Shown here piece after piece: positions 59,337 to 64,000 of a stretch of DNA of 64,000 bases (its first letter is position 1; each line of letters begins with the position of its first letter). The position numbers and the translations under genes were made by a program. The stretch covers positions 992,001-1,056,000 of the forward strand of contig CP143273.1 in NCBI GenBank assembly GCA_051013385.1. The letters run 5' to 3'. Under the pieces are notes generated by a model. It was given only the letters and a program-made list of their open reading frames with translations. It was not told where the DNA came from and did not search any database. Origin of the DNA: Phormidium sp. (GTDB lineage Bacteria > Cyanobacteriota > Cyanobacteriia > Cyanobacteriales > Aerosakkonemataceae).

Positions 59337-60371
59337 GTGATGGTATTACAAAGCGTAAAGCCGATCGGGAAAATAAATGCAGATAGTTTAATCCCTTTTG
59401 AAATCGCCTTCAAGATTGCTGATACAGCCGTATTTGCTCAAACAGCCAGACATTTAAAAAATATTGAAGTGGCTGTTTTGCGAGGTGCTTTGCAGGGGCA
59501 CAAATACGACCAGATTGCACAGGAATATAGCTATGCTCCTGAGTATATCAAGCATGATGTCGGGCCTAAGCTGTGGCAAATGCTCTCCTCTAGCTTGGGT
59601 GAAAAAGTTAGTAAAACGAACTTGATGGCAGTTTTGGCGCAACGGGCAGATTGGGTAAGGCAAAGTGTGCAGGAGCGGGAGAGAAAACAGGAGAAAGTTG
59701 CCGAAAAAGGAAACAAGGAAGAGGCGATTCAGGAACAGGAAAAAAATCTCCAATCTTTTAGCCTTGCAGCCTGTAGAACTATTCATCTAAAATCCTTAGA
59801 GCCTCCTGTTGGGGTGCTACCTCTGGACTCTGCGCTCTATGTGGAACGTCCTCCAGTTGAGAGTCAGTGCTATGAAGCAGTAATGCGATCGGGTACACTC
59901 ATTCGGATTCATGCACCCAGTCAGATGGGGAAAACCTCTTTGATGATAAGCATTCTGGCTCATGCAAAACAACAGGATGCTAATGTGCAGACAGTAGCAT
60001 TAAATTTGCAGAGAACCGAAAAGACTATTTTTACAAATAGCGATCGCTTTTTGCGCTGGTTTTGTGCCGCCGTCACCCGTAAACTTCAGTTACCGTATCA
60101 GGTCGATCGATACTGGAATAATACATTGAACAGCCAAGAAAACTGCACAAGCTATTTTGAAAAGTGCATATTACCAGAAATCAATGGGGTTTTAGTTTTG
60201 GCATTAGATCAAATGGATGAGATCTTGTGTCACCCCAAAATAGCTGATGATTTCTTTAGATTACTCAACTCCTGGTATGAAGAAAGAGGTAATCAGCAGT
60301 GGAAAAAGTTACGGTTGATTATTGTCCACTCTTCTGATGCTGATACCATTTCTCTGGAACAATGCGCTTAA
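59337..60371 (+). CDS. HTH-like N-terminus plus AAA_35-type NTPase, apparently C-terminally truncated
   Basis: G..LW..LS..LGEKVSK, YVERPPVE, APSQMGKTS, LVLALD; stops just after LRLIIVHS. Confidence 0.75.
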   Translation: MMVLQSVKPIGKINADSLIPFEIAFKIADTAVFAQTARHLKNIEVAVLRGALQGHKYDQIAQEYSYAPEYIKHDVGPKLWQMLSSSLGEKVSKTNLMAVLAQRADWVRQSVQERERKQEKVAEKGNKEEAIQEQEKNLQSFSLAACRTIHLKSLEPPVGVLPLDSALYVERPPVESQCYEAVMRSGTLIRIHAPSQMGKTSLMISILAHAKQQDANVQTVALNLQRTEKTIFTNSDRFLRWFCAAVTRKLQLPYQVDRYWNNTLNSQENCTSYFEKCILPEINGVLVLALDQMDEILCHPKIADDFFRLLNSWYEERGNQQWKKLRLIIVHSSDADTISLEQCA

Positions 60372-60436
60372 TACTTCCTGCAAGACTACTATATCTAACA
60401 AGGATTTCAGGGTAAATAATTACAAAATAAAGTTAA

Positions 60437-63400
60437 TTAATTCGAATTAGGTGGTAATTCAATGGGTGATAAGACATTTGGACTTACAGACGATGGCGAG
60501 TCCGAACTTGGTGAAGCCGTTTCTGAGCTATTTTCTCTAGGTGCTGTTTCTGGAGGGGGAGGGGTGGCTTTTTTTGGCAAGGCTATCTGGGGTTTACTTA
60601 ACTGATTTGGTTCAGATGTTTCAATGACAACGGACTGTGTTTTTTGCTCACCTGCTTTATTAGTTACTTTTAAGGTAATTGTCACACTACTTGGAGGTTT
60701 ACTAAGAGTGTAGTTCTTCACACCTTGGGGTTTTTGCACTTCTCCAAAAGGTAGCAGTTCTACCTTAATATCTTCACCATCTTCTACTTTCCAAGACAAT
60801 ACAATATCTGATGGTTTTCTTTCTTTGTTTAATTCATAAATATATTTCTGTTTTTCAGTTATATCCTGACCGTTGACCCTAAAATAAACAATATTGATGG
60901 GTGTAGGAGGAATTGGTTTTACTTTAATAGTTGCAGTATTTGTAGTAATTTCCGGTTCCCCTGAACCTTGCTTAGGAACTACGGTCAGTTTAAAAACATA
61001 ATCACCAGCTTGTTGAGCGCCTGTGGGTACATTCTGACAGAGGAGATTAGTTGTCACTATACAGAACTTTTGCAATTGGGGTGGCAAAGAGTTATTAATA
61101 ATGATATAACGCTTTAATGGGCTAATGACAGAACCATCAGGAGCTAAACCTAGCAGTTTTAATTCTTTGATTTGCCTAAGGTTACTAATTTCCCAATTGA
61201 GGGAGATTTCCTCATTTTTAGCTGTTTCATAAAATGGTTTAGTGGAAGCAATTTGGGTAATCCTGGGTACGGGTAATGGTTTAATCGTAATGGTATCAGT
61301 TTCTTTAAAGTCTGAAGGTTGATTTGGCTCTTGGTTAGAAATCACTTCTAATTTATAAGTATAATTTCCGGCTTTTGCTGGAAATAGACGGACGTTATCA
61401 CAAATTAAAAGGTCTAAATTATTTGGTAAAACAGTGGTTGAGGGAATTTGTGGTGTGAATGACTGAGTTCTACATTGTTGAGGTAGAAGTGTGTTTTTCA
61501 CAATTGTACCATCACTTCCCTGTTGCACAACCCTTAATTCTTTAATTTGGTTTGGGTGATTAATTCTCCAGCTTAAAAAGACTGGCTCTCGGTATTCATA
61601 TACACTTTTATTAGATAAAATCTGACCCATTAATTTTGGCACGGGTACAGGTTGAATGGTAATGGTATCAGTTTGTTTTGTGTCTACAGCTTGTTTGGGA
61701 CTCTCCTTAGAAAAAACTTCCAGTTTGAAAGTATATTTTCCAGCTTTTGTAAGATTTGTGGGTATACTTTGACAAACTAAAACATCTTGATTATTTATTT
61801 TTTCGATTGGCGCAGTATTATAATTTGATTTTACCCCTGTTTTTGGGAATTCTTGAGGGATACATTGAATATAAGTTTTTTGATTCAGCGAGCCATCGCT
61901 TCCCTGCTGAGTAATGATTATATGTTGTACTTGTTCAGGATTGCTAATTTTCCAATTCAGGAACACCTGTTCTTTAAGTACTTCTTGATAGCTCAATTTA
62001 CTAGGAAAAAATTCAAAAATTTTCGGTATAGGAATCGGAGGGGCTGGTTTAATTACGATCGTATCTGTATCTTTGGAGTCTACAGGTTTATTACGATCGA
62101 ACGAATATAATTCTACTTTAAAAGTGTAATCACCTGCTTTATTGATTTCTGTTGGTAAGTTTGCACAGTTAAGCCTATCATTTTGCTGTTGACACCAATT
62201 TAACATCTGATTATAGTCATAACTAATAATTTTGCCTAAACCTTCACGAGTTTGAGGAATAATCTTGACAGATGATAGTTTGCGAATGTTTCTAAATCGC
62301 CAATTTATCAGTTCCCATCTATACAGGTGTTCAATTGATAAGTTTAAAGTTACAGGTTTTCCGTCAGTTTCTTGATAAACTTTTTGGATTGGCTCAAGTT
62401 TATCAATTTTTGGGTTGATAAAAGTCTTTTGCCAGAAGAGAAATGCGCCTACAGAAATTAATCCTAAAGCTAGCAATAATAACAATATAATTGGTAGCCA
62501 AACTTGCCACCAAGGGCGAGGTTCCCAGATTAAAGTACCCTGAGTTAAGTCTTTTGGGAGTGCTGGTGGTTTATCAGGTTTAAATTTGTTTTCTAGCTCA
62601 ATATCAAAATTAAATTCTAACCCTTTTCCCCATAAGGGACGATGCCACCATTTGCGAGGTTTTACTCTTAAAGGAACAGTAGTATTATGCCCTGGCAAAA
62701 TAGGTTCGGGAGAGGATTCAGGGGTATAACTAAAAAGATTTTGGCGATCGCTGGCTAAAATTTCCAGGTCACGAATAATGTTTCCTTGATTAATTAATTT
62801 TACATCAAACACTCCAGTTTGACTGGGAAATCTCAGAAATTGTGGAGATAATTCTATATCTAAAGTTTCGTGAGGCAGAAGTTGCAGATAAACTACATCT
62901 AACAACATTAACTCGTCTTTGTTGCTAGATATTAAGCGGATGGTAGGAAAATAATTACCAGCAGGAGTATAGCGGGGTGGGTGAAAAATTAAGGTGATTT
63001 CTCCGGTAGTATTTGGATTAAGCTCTAAGCCATCAGTTTCTTTAACAAGTCCAGAGGTTTCTAAACGGCTTTCTGGATAGCGAACTGTAAACCAATCATT
63101 TGTTAGTTCTGGGCAATTTAAGTAAAAGCGATCGACTCTTTTAGACCGATTTTCGACTATAACTTTTAGTTCTAATTTTTCTCCAGCTTGAATTGGATGA
63201 GGATTGGCAGAACTAGTTAATGGTTGTAATATAAATCCTGGTTCATTACTCCATTCAGCATCTCTTTCTGAACGGAGGACTCGAAGTTGTTGAGGACGAC
63301 GAAAGATTTTATCAGGATATTGAATTGGTGCTTCAATTAAAAGCTCATAGTTATATAAATCTGGTATTGCTTGGGCGGGAACTTCAAAATATAAAATGAT

Positions 63401-63637
63401 TTCACGGGTTTCTCTAGGTTCCAACTTTAAAGGGTTTTCTGCACTGAAACTACACCAACGTAATAAAGGTTCGGATTTAACATCAGTAGCAGCAATCCAA
63501 ATATCAATATCTGCTTTCTTTCCTCCAGCATTTTTAATAATGATGCGGCGTTTTATGGTGTAGCCCCGTGCTATTTGGTTTAATTCGGCGGGAAAATCTT
63601 CTATAACTAAAGGGTTATTTGCAATTTGAGTTGTCAT
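60437..63637 (-). CDS. Large single-pass membrane protein: COG1470-like Ig domains, TM helix, four ~125-aa repeats, Pro/Ser tail
   Basis: LELNP, PAGNYFPT, one TM, repeated C...AG.Y.(F/Y)KL...T.TI.IKP. Confidence 0.8.
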   Translation of the reverse strand: MTTQIANNPLVIEDFPAELNQIARGYTIKRRIIIKNAGGKKADIDIWIAATDVKSEPLLRWCSFSAENPLKLEPRETREIILYFEVPAQAIPDLYNYELLIEAPIQYPDKIFRRPQQLRVLRSERDAEWSNEPGFILQPLTSSANPHPIQAGEKLELKVIVENRSKRVDRFYLNCPELTNDWFTVRYPESRLETSGLVKETDGLELNPNTTGEITLIFHPPRYTPAGNYFPTIRLISSNKDELMLLDVVYLQLLPHETLDIELSPQFLRFPSQTGVFDVKLINQGNIIRDLEILASDRQNLFSYTPESSPEPILPGHNTTVPLRVKPRKWWHRPLWGKGLEFNFDIELENKFKPDKPPALPKDLTQGTLIWEPRPWWQVWLPIILLLLLALGLISVGAFLFWQKTFINPKIDKLEPIQKVYQETDGKPVTLNLSIEHLYRWELINWRFRNIRKLSSVKIIPQTREGLGKIISYDYNQMLNWCQQQNDRLNCANLPTEINKAGDYTFKVELYSFDRNKPVDSKDTDTIVIKPAPPIPIPKIFEFFPSKLSYQEVLKEQVFLNWKISNPEQVQHIIITQQGSDGSLNQKTYIQCIPQEFPKTGVKSNYNTAPIEKINNQDVLVCQSIPTNLTKAGKYTFKLEVFSKESPKQAVDTKQTDTITIQPVPVPKLMGQILSNKSVYEYREPVFLSWRINHPNQIKELRVVQQGSDGTIVKNTLLPQQCRTQSFTPQIPSTTVLPNNLDLLICDNVRLFPAKAGNYTYKLEVISNQEPNQPSDFKETDTITIKPLPVPRITQIASTKPFYETAKNEEISLNWEISNLRQIKELKLLGLAPDGSVISPLKRYIIINNSLPPQLQKFCIVTTNLLCQNVPTGAQQAGDYVFKLTVVPKQGSGEPEITTNTATIKVKPIPPTPINIVYFRVNGQDITEKQKYIYELNKERKPSDIVLSWKVEDGEDIKVELLPFGEVQKPQGVKNYTLSKPPSSVTITLKVTNKAGEQKTQSVVIETSEPNQLSKPQIALPKKATPPPPETAPRENSSETASPSSDSPSSVSPNVLSPIELPPNSN

Positions 63638-64000
63638 GATTATTTATTCCTGAAATGCGATAAAGTCTGACTCGATTTTTATCATCCCCAGCTGTTATAT
63701 ATAGATTGTCGTCTACTGCTTTTAGGTCAACGGTATTAAGTCTAATTTCAGAAAAATTAGCAATAATTTTTCCTTGAGGATATTTAGGCGATCGCATACC
63801 ATTTTCCAATATCCAAAGCATGACTCGCCCATCATCGCCTACACTAGCTAAATAGCAACCATTTTGAGTAAAAGCAACTGAACGAACAGGCTGATTACCA
63901 TGACCATCTGACCATTTTTCGATAATAGCATTACCGCATGGTACATTTCTAATTTCATTTCCATTTCCATCTGTTCTGGAAATTACATAATTATTAGTAT
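63615..64000 (-). CDS. WD40-repeat protein, 3' end only
   Basis: Frame is open to the window edge: GHGNQPVRSVAFTQNGCYLASVGDDGRVMLW; overlaps the next gene start. Confidence 0.8.
   Translation of the reverse strand, partial: TNNYVISRTDGNGNEIRNVPCGNAIIEKWSDGHGNQPVRSVAFTQNGCYLASVGDDGRVMLWILENGMRSPKYPQGKIIANFSEIRLNTVDLKAVDDNLYITAGDDKNRVRLYRISGINNHDNSNCK

Noticed and set aside
1..64000. High frequency of GCGATCGC
   Set aside because: The well-known cyanobacterial HIP1; used only as a taxonomic clue

Overview
Cyanobacterial chromosomal DNA (the HIP1 octamer GCGATCGC recurs throughout), probably from a filamentous strain. It is mostly accessory and signalling genes. From left to right: (1) a visibly GC-richer block to about 4.5 kb (PrsW-family protease, membrane protein, class-3 lipase, secreted alpha/beta hydrolase); (2) a locus at about 5.7-17.8 kb with an MFS transporter, an alginate-export-type outer-membrane protein, a coiled-coil protein, a Tat-signal SDR and an RcaE/RcaF/RcaC-like phosphorelay that lacks a photosensory GAF domain, where six promoter-like sites share an L-box-like direct repeat at a near-fixed distance from a -10 box; (3) a defective ISL3; (4) a sulfide-oxidation cluster (sqr, persulfide dioxygenase, two YeeE/YedE proteins, SulP); (5) an NB-ARC/WD40 protein divergent from GST and a PNPOx-like gene; (6) divergent cell-surface genes separated by a perfect 22-bp inverted repeat; (7) an adenylate cyclase and a multi-PAS kinase; (8) MORN-tonB / exbB-exbD with a Fur-like box; (9) a 13-kb run of hybrid kinases, a PhnD-like lipoprotein, REC-GGDEF-EAL, CHASE2 and DUF928; (10) a truncated AAA_35 protein and the 3' end of an operon with a WD40 protein and a large membrane-anchored repeat protein. 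Intergenic DNA is rich in MITEs, REP-like hairpins and nested IS remnants. I saw no CRISPR array, rRNA or tRNA. All family assignments come from motif recognition by eye, not from database searches.
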